From Candidatus Thermofontivivens primus (lineage in GTDB: Bacteria > Sysuimicrobiota > Sysuimicrobiia > Sysuimicrobiales > Thermofontiviventaceae), in NCBI GenBank assembly GCA_031458695.1, contig JAVKJW010000006.1, positions 35,785-99,784 of the forward strand: 64,000 nucleotides of DNA, given 5' to 3'. Made by a program: the position numbers and the translations under genes. Shown one piece after another: positions 51,418 to 61,242 of this stretch (the stretch's first letter is position 1; every line of letters starts with the position of its first letter). The notes below the pieces were generated by a model that was given only the letters and a program-made list of their open reading frames with translations, did no database searches and had not been told where the DNA came from.

Positions 51418-52944
51418 ATGGGAGAGAAGCGATACGTCCTGGCGATAGATCAAGGAACTACAGGGACCCGATGTATCATCTTCTCGCACGAGGGGAAACC
51501 CGTAGCCGCTTCCTACGAGGAACACAGGCAGATCTACCCCCAACCCGGCTGGGTGGAGCATGACCCGATGGAGATCTGGAGTAAAACCCAGAAAGTCATC
51601 CGCGAGGCGATGGCGAAGGGGAATGTCCGAGCGGAAGAGATCGCCGCGATCGGGATCACGAACCAGAGGGAGACCACGATTCTGTGGGACAGGCACACGG
51701 GGGAGCCCGTTTACCCCGCCATCGTCTGGCAAGACACCCGGACGCATCGGATCTGCCAGAGGATCGTCGATGACGGATTCGAGGCGTATATCCGGGAGAA
51801 CACCGGCCTTGTGAGCGCCACTTACTTTTCCGGCCCCAAAATCCAATGGATCCTAGACAATGTCCCTACCGTCCGGAAAAGGGCGGAGAAGAGAGAGGTC
51901 CTGTTCGGCACTGTTGACACCTGGCTCATCTGGTGGCTCACTGGGGGGCCGGAGGGTGGCGTGCACGTCACAGACTACACCAATGCCTCCCGGACCATGC
52001 TCATGAACCTCCACACGCTCGACTGGGATGAGGAAATCCTCCGTTACCTCGGTGTCCCTCGTGCCTGTCTCCCTGCAATCCGCCCCTCCAGTGATCGAGA
52101 GATCTGGGGATACACGGCCAAGGGTGGACCACTCGGTGGAGAAATTCCCGTCTGCGGCGACCTCGGCGACCAGCAGGCCGCCCTGGTCGGCCAAGCGTGT
52201 TACACTCCCGGGGAGGCCAAGAACACCTATGGCACAGGGAACTTCCTCCTCCTCAACACCGGAGACCGCATCGTTCACTCCCGGAGTGGTCTGATTACTA
52301 CGGTGGCCTACAGCACGGAGGCAGGGAAGTCCATCTACGCCCTGGAGGGATCCATCGCCGTCACCGGAGCAGCGGTCCAGTGGCTCCGCGACAACCTGGG
52401 GATCATCCGGACTGCTGCAGAGACCGAGGAGATCGCCCAGTCTGTTGAGGACACGGGAGGAATCTACTTTGTCCCCGCCTTCTCTGGCCTCTTCGCCCCT
52501 CACTGGGATATGTATGCCAGGGGCGTGATTGTGGGCTTGACCCGGTACAGCGACAGGCGGCACCTTGTCCGTGCCACGCTGGAAGCCATCTGCTATCAGA
52601 CGCGGGAAGTTGTGGAGGCCATGCAAAGAGATTCAGGGATCAAGCTCTCTCTCCTTAAGGCCGATGGAGGGGCCGTGGTGAACAACTTCCTTATGCAGCT
52701 CCAGGCAGATATCCTGGGCGTACCAGTCATCCGCCCCGTGGTGCACGAAACAACTTCCCTCGGTGCCGCCTACATGGCTGGCCTGGCTGTAGGCTTCTGG
52801 AGAGGCCTTGAGGATCTCCGTACCAACTGGGCGGTGGATCGAGCGTTCGAACCCCGCTGGAGTGAGGAACGAAGGGAGGAAGGCTACCGTGGCTGGTTGA
52901 GGGCGGTGGAACGCGCCCGGGGATGGGTGGAGAGGAGCGTATAG
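51418..52944 (+). CDS. glpK: Glycerol kinase
   Basis: [27 protein letters not shown]. Confidence 0.96.
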   Translation: MGEKRYVLAIDQGTTGTRCIIFSHEGKPVAASYEEHRQIYPQPGWVEHDPMEIWSKTQKVIREAMAKGNVRAEEIAAIGITNQRETTILWDRHTGEPVYPAIVWQDTRTHRICQRIVDDGFEAYIRENTGLVSATYFSGPKIQWILDNVPTVRKRAEKREVLFGTVDTWLIWWLTGGPEGGVHVTDYTNASRTMLMNLHTLDWDEEILRYLGVPRACLPAIRPSSDREIWGYTAKGGPLGGEIPVCGDLGDQQAALVGQACYTPGEAKNTYGTGNFLLLNTGDRIVHSRSGLITTVAYSTEAGKSIYALEGSIAVTGAAVQWLRDNLGIIRTAAETEEIAQSVEDTGGIYFVPAFSGLFAPHWDMYARGVIVGLTRYSDRRHLVRATLEAICYQTREVVEAMQRDSGIKLSLLKADGGAVVNNFLMQLQADILGVPVIRPVVHETTSLGAAYMAGLAVGFWRGLEDLRTNWAVDRAFEPRWSEERREEGYRGWLRAVERARGWVERSV

Positions 52945-52946
52945 GG

Positions 52947-53678
52947 ATGGTGGAGTGGCGGAATCTCCCAGGCACAGTGGTCCTGGCGCACCGTGGCGCT
53001 GCCCACGCTGCACCCGAGAATACCCTCGCCGCCTTCGCCCTGGCGCTCTCAGAGGGAGCAGATGGGATCGAGTTCGACGTCCACAGGACCGCCGATGGCC
53101 ATCTCGTGGTCCTCCACGATGAGGTCGTGGACAGAACCACAAACGGTTTCGGCCCCGTTTCCCAGATGACCCTCGAACAGGTTCGGAGCCTCGATGCCGG
53201 AAGCTGGTTTGACCCACGGTTCGCCGGGGAGAAAGTCCCCCTCCTCGAGGAGGTCCTGGAGCTAGCCCGGGGGCATCTCCTTGTGGATATCGAGCTGAAG
53301 ACATCGGGGATCGAAGCCCAGGTTGTAGAGACTGTCCGGAAGTTCCGTATGGCGCCTTCTGTGTTGATCTCCTCCTTCTCTCGCGAGGCGATCTCTGCAG
53401 TAAAGGAGATTGCCCCCGAAATCGCTGTGGGCCTTCTGTCCTTGCATGGAGATCCCTCGGAGGCCCTCTCCCTCGGCGTCCAGGTCTTCCTGCCTTCCGT
53501 GGGTGTCCTCTCCAAGGATTGCGTGGAGTCCTGCCACAGGCAGGGAATCTCCGTCGTCACCTGGACGATTCTCACCGAGCAGGATGCGCGGGAAGCGATC
53601 CGCCTCGGCGTAGAAGGGATCATCGCCGATGATCCGGTCATGGCACGACGTGCCCTAGAGGAGGAAAGAAACCGGTAA
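52947..53678 (+). CDS. glpQ: Glycerophosphodiester phosphodiesterase
   Basis: AHRG...PENT, IEFDV, LHD, IELK. Confidence 0.9.
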   Translation: MVEWRNLPGTVVLAHRGAAHAAPENTLAAFALALSEGADGIEFDVHRTADGHLVVLHDEVVDRTTNGFGPVSQMTLEQVRSLDAGSWFDPRFAGEKVPLLEEVLELARGHLLVDIELKTSGIEAQVVETVRKFRMAPSVLISSFSREAISAVKEIAPEIAVGLLSLHGDPSEALSLGVQVFLPSVGVLSKDCVESCHRQGISVVTWTILTEQDAREAIRLGVEGIIADDPVMARRALEEERNR

Positions 53679-55351
53679 TGGAGCTCTCTAGTAGGACTCG
53701 ACGGGAGCACTGGAACCGCCTCCGCGAGGGGGTGGACGTTCTTGTCATAGGGGGAGGGATCACCGGGGCTGGTGTGGCCCTGGATGCAGCCACCCGCGGC
53801 CTCGTAGTCGGACTCGTCGAGGCACACGACTTTGCCAGCGGCACGAGCAGTCGCTCCACGAAGCTGATTCATGGCGGGATCCGCTACATCCCTCAGCTTC
53901 ACCTGAGCCTGGTGCGGGAGGCCCTACGTGAGAGGCAGATCCTGATGCACATCGCCCCTTACCTAGTCCATCCTCTCTCCTTCCTCGTCCCCCTCTACGA
54001 GGATCTGCAGAGGCCCCTCGGTCTCCCCCTCCCAGCGGCTCTTCGGCCCATCATGCCCGCCGCCGTCGGCCTTGGCCTCTGGATGTACGATGTGTTAGCA
54101 GGCAGGGACGACCTTCCCCCTCACCGGCATGTCTCTGTAGAGGAAGCGCGTCGCCTCGTTCCGACCCTCCGGCCTGAACGCCTCCGGGGGGGCTACATGT
54201 ACGCGGATGCGCAGACCGATGATGTCCGCCTGACCCTTGCTGTGCTCCGTACCGCCGCGCGCCATGGTGCCTGGATCGTTAATTATGCACGAGTCGCGGG
54301 CCTCTTGGAAGAACACGGACGGGTAAGGGGGGCGAGGGTACGCGATGAGCTGACCGGTGAGGTGATCGAGGTTCCTGCTGGCCATGTGATCAATGCCACG
54401 GGGGTGTGGGCTGAGGAGATCGCCAGGATGACAGGCAATGCCCCGTTCTCCATCCACCACAGCAAGGGCTCCCACCTCATCGTGCGCAGGGATCGCCTGG
54501 GCCTTGGGGAGACCGCCCTGGTCATCCCGGAGACGACCGATGGCCGCCTCGCCTTCGTCGTCCCATGGGGAGAGTACGCCATTGTGGGGACCACAGACGA
54601 AACCTACCGGGGAGACCTCTCCCGCCTCACGGTGACGCATGAGGAGGTGGACTACCTCCTCTACCACGTCAACAGGTTCATGGAGGTCAACCTGACACCT
54701 CGAGACGTCCTAGGAGTCTATGCAGGCCTCCGACCGCTCATCAGCGCACCCGGGAAGTCCTCGGCCGCCCTCTCCAGGAGCCACGCAGTCATTCCGGGCC
54801 CCCAGGGTTTCCTCTCCATCATCGGGGGCAAGCTCACCACCTATCGGAAGATGGCCCAGGATACTGTCGACCTTCTGCTCCGCCGAATGGGACAGTACAG
54901 GCCCTGCAGGACAGAGGAGGTCCTCCTGGACGGTTCAGAAAACTATGCGGAGGCGAGGCAGCTCCTGGAAGGGAGTGCACGGCAGTTCGAATGGGAACCG
55001 GGCATTGTGGACCGACTCCTCCGGGCGTACGGGGACAGGGCCCTCCTCATTCAAGCCATCGCGGTGGAGCGCCCCCGGCTTGGACGGCCCCTGATCCCAG
55101 GGGTTCCTGTCCTCGGCGCAGAGATTGCCTTCATAGTGCGCCACGAGATGGCCGTGCGCCTCGCCGACGTCCTGTTCATCCGAACTCCCCTTGCGATCCT
55201 GGCCTTGCGGGAACTGCCTGAGACTGTAGAGTGCGCAGCGGAGATCATGGGCGAGGAACTGGGGTGGTCTGCTGAGGAAACGCGGAAGCAGATTGAGGAA
55301 GTGCACATGCAAATCCAGCTTGCCCTTGGATGGGCTCCCCGGGATACTTAG
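53678..55351 (+). CDS. glpD: FAD-dependent glycerol-3-phosphate dehydrogenase
   Basis: GGGITGAG, GTSSRSTKLIHGGIRY, GLRPL, GGKLTTYR. Confidence 0.95.
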   Translation: MELSSRTRREHWNRLREGVDVLVIGGGITGAGVALDAATRGLVVGLVEAHDFASGTSSRSTKLIHGGIRYIPQLHLSLVREALRERQILMHIAPYLVHPLSFLVPLYEDLQRPLGLPLPAALRPIMPAAVGLGLWMYDVLAGRDDLPPHRHVSVEEARRLVPTLRPERLRGGYMYADAQTDDVRLTLAVLRTAARHGAWIVNYARVAGLLEEHGRVRGARVRDELTGEVIEVPAGHVINATGVWAEEIARMTGNAPFSIHHSKGSHLIVRRDRLGLGETALVIPETTDGRLAFVVPWGEYAIVGTTDETYRGDLSRLTVTHEEVDYLLYHVNRFMEVNLTPRDVLGVYAGLRPLISAPGKSSAALSRSHAVIPGPQGFLSIIGGKLTTYRKMAQDTVDLLLRRMGQYRPCRTEEVLLDGSENYAEARQLLEGSARQFEWEPGIVDRLLRAYGDRALLIQAIAVERPRLGRPLIPGVPVLGAEIAFIVRHEMAVRLADVLFIRTPLAILALRELPETVECAAEIMGEELGWSAEETRKQIEEVHMQIQLALGWAPRDT

Positions 55352-55451
55352 AGAGCCCAGACGAGGGCTGCCCGGACTATGGGGGGTGGGACATGGGTCA
55401 CAAAAAGAGCACAGGCATGCGTGAAGGCTTTTCGTGAGAGGAGGAAGAACC

Positions 55452-56639
55452 ATGGGAGGACGCATGTCAGAGAACTTTGACCAACGCATTTGGGACGTCC
55501 AGCTCACCCGAAGGGAGCTGCTCCGAATAGGGTTCGGCGCGGCAGGGAGCGTGGTGCTGCTTTCGTTGCTGGAAGCCACAGGAAGCGCTGTCGCAGCACC
55601 CAAGCTCCCGCGCTCCGCTGCCGAGATTGGCGGCCTGGAGAAGCTGATCGCCGAAGCCAAGAAGGAGGGGACGCTCAACACCATCGCCCTCCCTCCAGAC
55701 TGGGCGAACTACGGCGAGATCATGCAGCGGTTCACCCAAAAGTACGGGATCAAGATCAATAACGCATCTCCCAACGCCAGCTCGGCAGAGGAGCTTCAGG
55801 CGGTACGTTCCCTGAAGGGGCAGAAGCGTGCTCCTGATGTCTTGGACATCGGGCCCTCCTTTGCCATCCAAGGGAAGCAGGAGGGGTTGTTCGCACCCTA
55901 TAAGGTGTCCACCTGGGACACCATCCCTGCCAGCATGAAGGATCCTGATGGGTACTGGGTTGGCGACTACTTCGGGGTGATCGCCTTCGGTATCAACAGG
56001 AACGTGGTGAAGACCGTCCCGAAACGATGGACGGACCTCAGGAAGCCAGAGTACAAGGGAAAGGTGGCGTTGAACGGTGACCCTCGGCGGGCGGCGGCGG
56101 CCTTCGCTGGGGTTTGGGCGGCGGCCCTCGCCAACGGGGGATCGCTGGATGACATCACCCCTGGAATCGAATTCTTCGCGGAGCTCAAGAGGCTCGGGAA
56201 CTTCATCCCCGTAGATGCCACTCCGGCCACGGTCCAGAGCGGCCAGACCCCCATCACGGTGGATTGGGATTACCTCCAACTCGGCTACAGCAAGGAGTTT
56301 AGCGGGAAGCTGACCTGGGAGGTCCAGATCCCTGAGGACGGGATCTTTGGAAACTACTATTGCCAGGCCATCAGCGCGTACGCTCCCAATCCACACGCAG
56401 CGCGCCTGTGGGAGGAGTTTCTCTACTCCGATGAAGGGCAGATCCTCTGGTTGAAGGGGTTCGCCCACCCTGCCAGGTTTGAGGACCTCCTGCGTCGAAA
56501 CGTCATCCCCAAAGACCTCTTGGCCAAGCTACCCCCTGCGGAGCCCTACAAACGCGTTCGGTTCCCCACGGTGGAGCAGACCAAGAAGGCCCAGGAGGTG
56601 GTTGCAAAGCTCTGGGGGCCCAAGGTAACGGGACAGTAG
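55452..56639 (+). CDS. ABC transporter substrate-binding protein with Tat signal (PotD/AfuA-like family)
   Basis: LTRRELL twin-arginine leader; WANYG, PDVLD, LWEEFLYSDEGQ. Substrate unknown. Confidence 0.82.
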   Translation: MGGRMSENFDQRIWDVQLTRRELLRIGFGAAGSVVLLSLLEATGSAVAAPKLPRSAAEIGGLEKLIAEAKKEGTLNTIALPPDWANYGEIMQRFTQKYGIKINNASPNASSAEELQAVRSLKGQKRAPDVLDIGPSFAIQGKQEGLFAPYKVSTWDTIPASMKDPDGYWVGDYFGVIAFGINRNVVKTVPKRWTDLRKPEYKGKVALNGDPRRAAAAFAGVWAAALANGGSLDDITPGIEFFAELKRLGNFIPVDATPATVQSGQTPITVDWDYLQLGYSKEFSGKLTWEVQIPEDGIFGNYYCQAISAYAPNPHAARLWEEFLYSDEGQILWLKGFAHPARFEDLLRRNVIPKDLLAKLPPAEPYKRVRFPTVEQTKKAQEVVAKLWGPKVTGQ

Positions 56640-56646
56640 GGGAAAT

Positions 56647-56678
56647 GAGGGGAGGCACAAGATCTCGTGTCTCCCCTC
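56647..56678 (+). other. Intercistronic stem-loop after the binding-protein gene
   Basis: GAGGGGAGGCAC / GTGTCTCCCCTC 12-bp stem with one G-U pair and no U-tract. Confidence 0.6.
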
Positions 56679-56705
56679 CTCCCTGGCCTGTGGAGGTGAG
56701 AGAAC

Positions 56706-57596
56706 ATCGCGAGCAGGAATATCCACCAGACGCAGCCAAGGCGGCGCCAGAGAAGGGATCGCTTTACGACGTGGCTCTGGGTGGTGCCCTTCTTTGCCTA
56801 CGTGGGGGCTTTCCTTCTCCTTCCCTCGGCGGCGGTCCTTGTAGGTGCCTTCCGCGACCCCGAAGGACACTGGACGCTCCGCTACATTGCAGCAATCTTC
56901 GAGGGGCAGTACCTTCGCGCCTTCCTCAACAGCGTGGAGATTAGCGCTGTCACGGCACTCGGTGGGGGGATCTTCGGGTTCCTCGTGGCCTACGCCGCGG
57001 TGACAGGCGGCCCCCGGTGGGTCCGGCCTGCCCTGACCACCTTCTCCGGGGTAGCCGCGAATTTCGCAGGGGTCCCACTGGCGTTCGCCTTCATCGCCAC
57101 ACTTGGGACAACAGGTCTCATCACCCAACTCCTGCGTTCGCTCTTCGGACTGGACCTTTATGCCCACGGCTTCACGCTCTTCTCATTCACCGGTCTTTCC
57201 CTTACCTACCTCTACTTCCAGCTCCCTTTGATGATTCTGATCATCACACCAGCAATTGACGGAATGCGGCGCGAATGGTGGGAGGCTGCAGCAAACCTGG
57301 GAGCTACAGACCTACAGTACTGGCGATACATCGGACTCCCTGTCCTCCTGCCTTCCCTCCTCGGAGCAATGGTCCTCCTGTTTGGGAACGCTTTCGCCGC
57401 CTACGCCACTCCATACGCCCTTACCTCCGGTGTTGTGAACCTTGTTACCATGCAGATTGGGAATGTCTTGCAGGGGAACGTCCTCTCCGATCCTCAGCTT
57501 GGGCAGGCGCTGGCCGTGGGGATGATCGTCGTCATCTCGTTCTCAATGTCGCTCTACACCTTCTTGCAACGGCGGACGGCGAGGTGGTTGCGGTGA
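56706..57596 (+). CDS. ABC transporter permease (probable ATC start at 56706; first canonical start is GTG 56781)
   Basis: EAAANLGA loop; frame open from 56700; SD GGAGGTGA at 56692-56699. Confidence 0.85.
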   Translation: MASRNIHQTQPRRRQRRDRFTTWLWVVPFFAYVGAFLLLPSAAVLVGAFRDPEGHWTLRYIAAIFEGQYLRAFLNSVEISAVTALGGGIFGFLVAYAAVTGGPRWVRPALTTFSGVAANFAGVPLAFAFIATLGTTGLITQLLRSLFGLDLYAHGFTLFSFTGLSLTYLYFQLPLMILIITPAIDGMRREWWEAAANLGATDLQYWRYIGLPVLLPSLLGAMVLLFGNAFAAYATPYALTSGVVNLVTMQIGNVLQGNVLSDPQLGQALAVGMIVVISFSMSLYTFLQRRTARWLR

Positions 57597-58381
57597 GGAG
57601 AGGACGTTCCTTTTGGGGAAGTTTCTGGTTGCTCCTCGGGGTTCTCTACTTCACCGTGCCCCTCCTGGCCACGGCGGAGTTCAGCCTTCGCGCGGGCCCA
57701 GGACGCTATACCTTCTCTAGCTACCTTACGATCTTGGAAGATCCGCAGTTCCGAGCTAGTTTCCAGCTCTCCCTCGGCCTTGCCTTGGAGACCATCGTCC
57801 TCACTCTGGCCCTCTTGGTCCCCACGGCGTACTGGGTCCACCTCCGCCTGCCACGGCTCCGCCCTGTGGTAGATTTCCTCTCCATCCTCCCGTTCGTTGT
57901 CCCTCCCATCGTCCTGGTGGTCGGCCTCCTGGCCGTCTACCGCGGGGCTCCGGAGTTCTTCATTGGAACACCCCAGGTCCTCGTTGCTGGCTACGTGATT
58001 CTCACCATGCCATATGTATACCGTTCCCTTGACGTAGGGTTGCGGGCAGTGGACATCCGCACATTGACGGAAGCAGCCCAGAGCCTTGGCGCGAACTGGA
58101 GACAGGTTCTCCTCTGGGTGATCCTCCCCAACGTTCGCGCTGCGGTGCTCAGCGGGGGCTTGCTAACCCTGACCATCGTCATGGGGGAGTTCACGATGGC
58201 CAACGTCATGCTCTTCTATACCTTCCCCGTATATATGAACTACATCGGGGAGACCCACGCCACCCCTGCTGCTGCCCTGACCCTTATCAGTTTCACCATC
58301 ACCTGGGCTGCTATGCTTGGAATTCTCTTTCTTGAACGCCAGCTCGGCGGGCGCCAGGTGCAAATCGGGGGTGCACGCTGA
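57593..58381 (+). CDS. ABC transporter permease
   Basis: EAAQSLGA; GTGA overlap with the upstream permease. Confidence 0.88.
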   Translation: MRRGRSFWGSFWLLLGVLYFTVPLLATAEFSLRAGPGRYTFSSYLTILEDPQFRASFQLSLGLALETIVLTLALLVPTAYWVHLRLPRLRPVVDFLSILPFVVPPIVLVVGLLAVYRGAPEFFIGTPQVLVAGYVILTMPYVYRSLDVGLRAVDIRTLTEAAQSLGANWRQVLLWVILPNVRAAVLSGGLLTLTIVMGEFTMANVMLFYTFPVYMNYIGETHATPAAALTLISFTITWAAMLGILFLERQLGGRQVQIGGAR

Positions 58382-59436
58382 TGGCATACCTGGAGATCGT
58401 TGGCATCCGGAAGACATTTGGAGAAGTCGTCGCCCTCGACGAGGTAACCCTCTCCATCGAACGAGGCGAGTTCTTTACCTTACTCGGTCCGAGCGGGTGC
58501 GGCAAGACGACGTTGCTTCGGATCGTCGCAGGCTTCGAGACCCCTGACCGGGGAAGCGTACAACTTGAGGGCGAAGAGATCACAGAGGTCCCACCCAACC
58601 GAAGGAACATGGGGATGGTCTTTCAGGCCTACAGTCTCTTTCCGAATATGACGGCGGAGGAGAACGTGGAGTTCGGCCTGCGCGTCCGGGGATGGCCGGC
58701 GGCGGAGAGGGCCCGTCGCGTGGCGGAACTATTTGATCTCATCGGTCTCTCCGCGGCCAGGAAGCGTTACCCGTTCCAGCTCTCTGGAGGGGAACAGCAG
58801 CGTGTTGCCCTGGCTCGCGCGCTGGCCATCGAGCCGAAGGTCCTCCTCCTAGACGAGCCGCTCTCCGCGCTCGATGCAAAGATCCGCGTCCAGCTGCGCG
58901 AGGAGATCCGGGCCATCCAGAAACGGCTGGGGATCACCACCCTGTACGTCACCCACGACCAGGAGGAGGCGATGGCGATCTCAGACCGGGTGGCCGTCCT
59001 TTCCCACGGTCGGATCGAGCAGATCGGCCCTCCTGCCGAGATCTACGAGAATCCTTTGACTCCCTTCGTTGCCAGCTTTGTAGGAACGATGAACCGCCTA
59101 GAGGGAACGGTGCAAGATGGACGGGAAGGCCTTGTGAACTACCGCGGGATACAGCTCCGCGTAAACGCTGCCCGGGGTCGGGATCCTGGAACCAGAGTCT
59201 TCGTGTTCATTCGCCCGGAGGTCGTGGAGGTTCGTCTGGTAGGGGAGGGAGATGGCCTCAAGGGGAGAATTTTCTCTCAGTCGTTCATGGGTCCGGTCAC
59301 GCGGTTGCGGATCGCCCTCGACCAAGGTGGGGAACTCATCGCAGATATTCCCAGCGCCCGGGCGAAGGCATTAACAATGGGCATGGAGGTCATTGCGACC
59401 TTCCCCCCTGATGCTGCAGGGATTCTGAATATCTAA
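58381..59436 (+). CDS. ABC transporter ATP-binding protein (PotA/MalK-like, TOBE domain)
   Basis: GPSGCGKT, LSGGEQQR, LLLDEP, VTHDQEEA. Confidence 0.93.
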   Translation: MAYLEIVGIRKTFGEVVALDEVTLSIERGEFFTLLGPSGCGKTTLLRIVAGFETPDRGSVQLEGEEITEVPPNRRNMGMVFQAYSLFPNMTAEENVEFGLRVRGWPAAERARRVAELFDLIGLSAARKRYPFQLSGGEQQRVALARALAIEPKVLLLDEPLSALDAKIRVQLREEIRAIQKRLGITTLYVTHDQEEAMAISDRVAVLSHGRIEQIGPPAEIYENPLTPFVASFVGTMNRLEGTVQDGREGLVNYRGIQLRVNAARGRDPGTRVFVFIRPEVVEVRLVGEGDGLKGRIFSQSFMGPVTRLRIALDQGGELIADIPSARAKALTMGMEVIATFPPDAAGILNI

Positions 59437-59494
59437 ATCATTCCGGCAAAACCCTCGACCGCGATTTTGCCTAGTACTGGACAGTCTGAGAGAA

Positions 59495-59905
59495 ATGCGA
59501 ACAACACTTCTTCCAGCGCTCTTCATCCTCCTTTTATGGGGAACTTGGCCGCTGTTCGCGAAGGTCTCTGTGGGCCGCCTGGGGATGCCGGCGCTCTTCT
59601 GGTCCCAGGTCTCCGGGCTCCTGGTGGTAGGACTCTACCTCCTCTGGACGCGCCATGCGTGGGTAGTAAATGATCCCGTCGGATTCGCAGCAAGCGTCCT
59701 GGGCGGGGTCACTGTCGCGACCGGCTCCCTCCTCTTCTACCACCTCCTCCGCAAGCATCCTACGGCGGTGATCGTCTTCCTCACAGGGTTATACCCTGTC
59801 GTCTCCCTCCTCCTGGCCTGGCTCCTGCTCCACGAGCGCGTCTCTGCGGTACAGATGGCGGGGATCCTCCTGGCCCTCGCAGCCCTCATCCTCCTCACAC
59901 GCTAA
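59495..59905 (+). CDS. Half-size EamA/DMT family membrane protein
   Basis: About 5 TM; LWG...FAK and YP...LLHE.V. Confidence 0.8.
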   Translation: MRTTLLPALFILLLWGTWPLFAKVSVGRLGMPALFWSQVSGLLVVGLYLLWTRHAWVVNDPVGFAASVLGGVTVATGSLLFYHLLRKHPTAVIVFLTGLYPVVSLLLAWLLLHERVSAVQMAGILLALAALILLTR

Positions 59906-60080
59906 CCCACTGGTGACCACCAGGGTCCCATTCGCCCTCAGGAGTTCTCTTTTCCGCATGCACAATTCGGGCATGGGCCTGATGTAGAATCCATCCTCTA
60001 CCTGATTGTTCTTCCACCTCCCGTACGGTGAAATAAAAGAGCCAAAAGATCTTTAATATCTAAATAAAGGGGGGAGAGTC

Positions 60081-61109
60081 GTGGCAAGGAGAGATCGATG
60101 GACCTTGACAATCCTTAGCATCACGCTCATCGCAGGCTTCGTGGGGATCTTGTTGCCCCAGCTGAAGGGGATCTCTGCGGAGGCGCTCCCAACGGTACAG
60201 GCGAAGCTGGTCTCACCTCCCCAGGCTCCTCCACCTGTTGCCAGAAAGCAGCCGGCGAAGGTGGTTGTGACCCTGGAAACTGTGGAGAGGCGCGGGACAC
60301 TGGCGGATGGCGTGGAATACGAGTTCTGGACCTTCGGGGGAACCGTCCCCGGACCGATGATCCGGGTGCGTGTGGGAGACACCATTGAATTCCACCTCAA
60401 GAACGCCAAAACGAGTAAGCAAATCCACTCTATTGACTTCCACGCTGTCAACGGACCAGGGGGCGGTGCCAAGGTAACCCAGACGCTTCCAGGCAAGGAA
60501 TCTGTCTTCGAATGGAAGGCTCTCAACCCCGGAATCTATGTCTATCATTGTGCCTCCCCACACATCCCTACACACATCGCCAATGGCATGTACGGGCTTA
60601 TCCTCGTGGAGCCTGCAGAGGGACTCCCTAAGGTAGACCGGGAGTACTATGTGATGCAGGGAGAGTTCTACACCAAAGGACGCCGAGGGGAGAAAGGATT
60701 CCAGCCCTATGACTCCAGTAAAGCCTATGCTGAGCAGCCTGAGTACGTCGTGTTCAATGGGCGAGTTGGTGCTCTGATTGGGAAAGGCGCGCTCCAAGCG
60801 AAAGTAGGGGAAACCGTCCGGCTGTTTGTAGGGAACGGTGGCCCTAACCTGACGTCTGCGTTCCACGTCATCGGTGAGATCTTCGATCTCGTCTATCCCG
60901 AAGGGGCTGTAGGGAGCAACCCGAACCGGAATATCCAAACCACGCTCATCCCGCCAGGGGGCGCGGCGATCGTGGAGTTCAAGGTGAACGCCCCGGGGAC
61001 CTACCTCCTGGTGGACCATAGCATCTTCCGCCTCGACAAGGGAACGGTAGGAGCGCTGGACGTGAGCGGGCCACCTACACCTGAGGTGTTCCGACCATTC
61101 AATCACTAA
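60081..61109 (+). CDS. nirK: Copper-containing nitrite reductase
   Basis: HSIDFH, YHC, HIANGM, FHVIG and LVDH give the T1/T2 Cu ligands and catalytic Asp/His; N-terminal signal/TM. Confidence 0.94.
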   Translation: MARRDRWTLTILSITLIAGFVGILLPQLKGISAEALPTVQAKLVSPPQAPPPVARKQPAKVVVTLETVERRGTLADGVEYEFWTFGGTVPGPMIRVRVGDTIEFHLKNAKTSKQIHSIDFHAVNGPGGGAKVTQTLPGKESVFEWKALNPGIYVYHCASPHIPTHIANGMYGLILVEPAEGLPKVDREYYVMQGEFYTKGRRGEKGFQPYDSSKAYAEQPEYVVFNGRVGALIGKGALQAKVGETVRLFVGNGGPNLTSAFHVIGEIFDLVYPEGAVGSNPNRNIQTTLIPPGGAAIVEFKVNAPGTYLLVDHSIFRLDKGTVGALDVSGPPTPEVFRPFNH

Positions 61110-61164
61110 ATACATCTCCGTGGCAAGATCTTCAGCCGGACCTTCGCCACCATCGCCCGCCTAT

Positions 61165-61194
61165 GGGAGGAGCGCCCATCTGGCCGCTCCTCCC
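61165..61194. terminator. Hairpin between the convergent nirK and metG genes
   Basis: GGGAGGAGCG-N10-CGCTCCTCCC; weak U-tract. Confidence 0.5.
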
Positions 61195-61242
61195 GTTCAC
61201 CTTCTCCTTCCAAGAACGGACTCTTTCCATGTACCAAGGTAC

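Noticed and set aside
52727..53902. 391-aa minus-strand ORF, and similar ones at 55467-56468 and 60213-61115
   Set aside because: Antisense to glpQ/glpD, the ABC binding protein and nirK.
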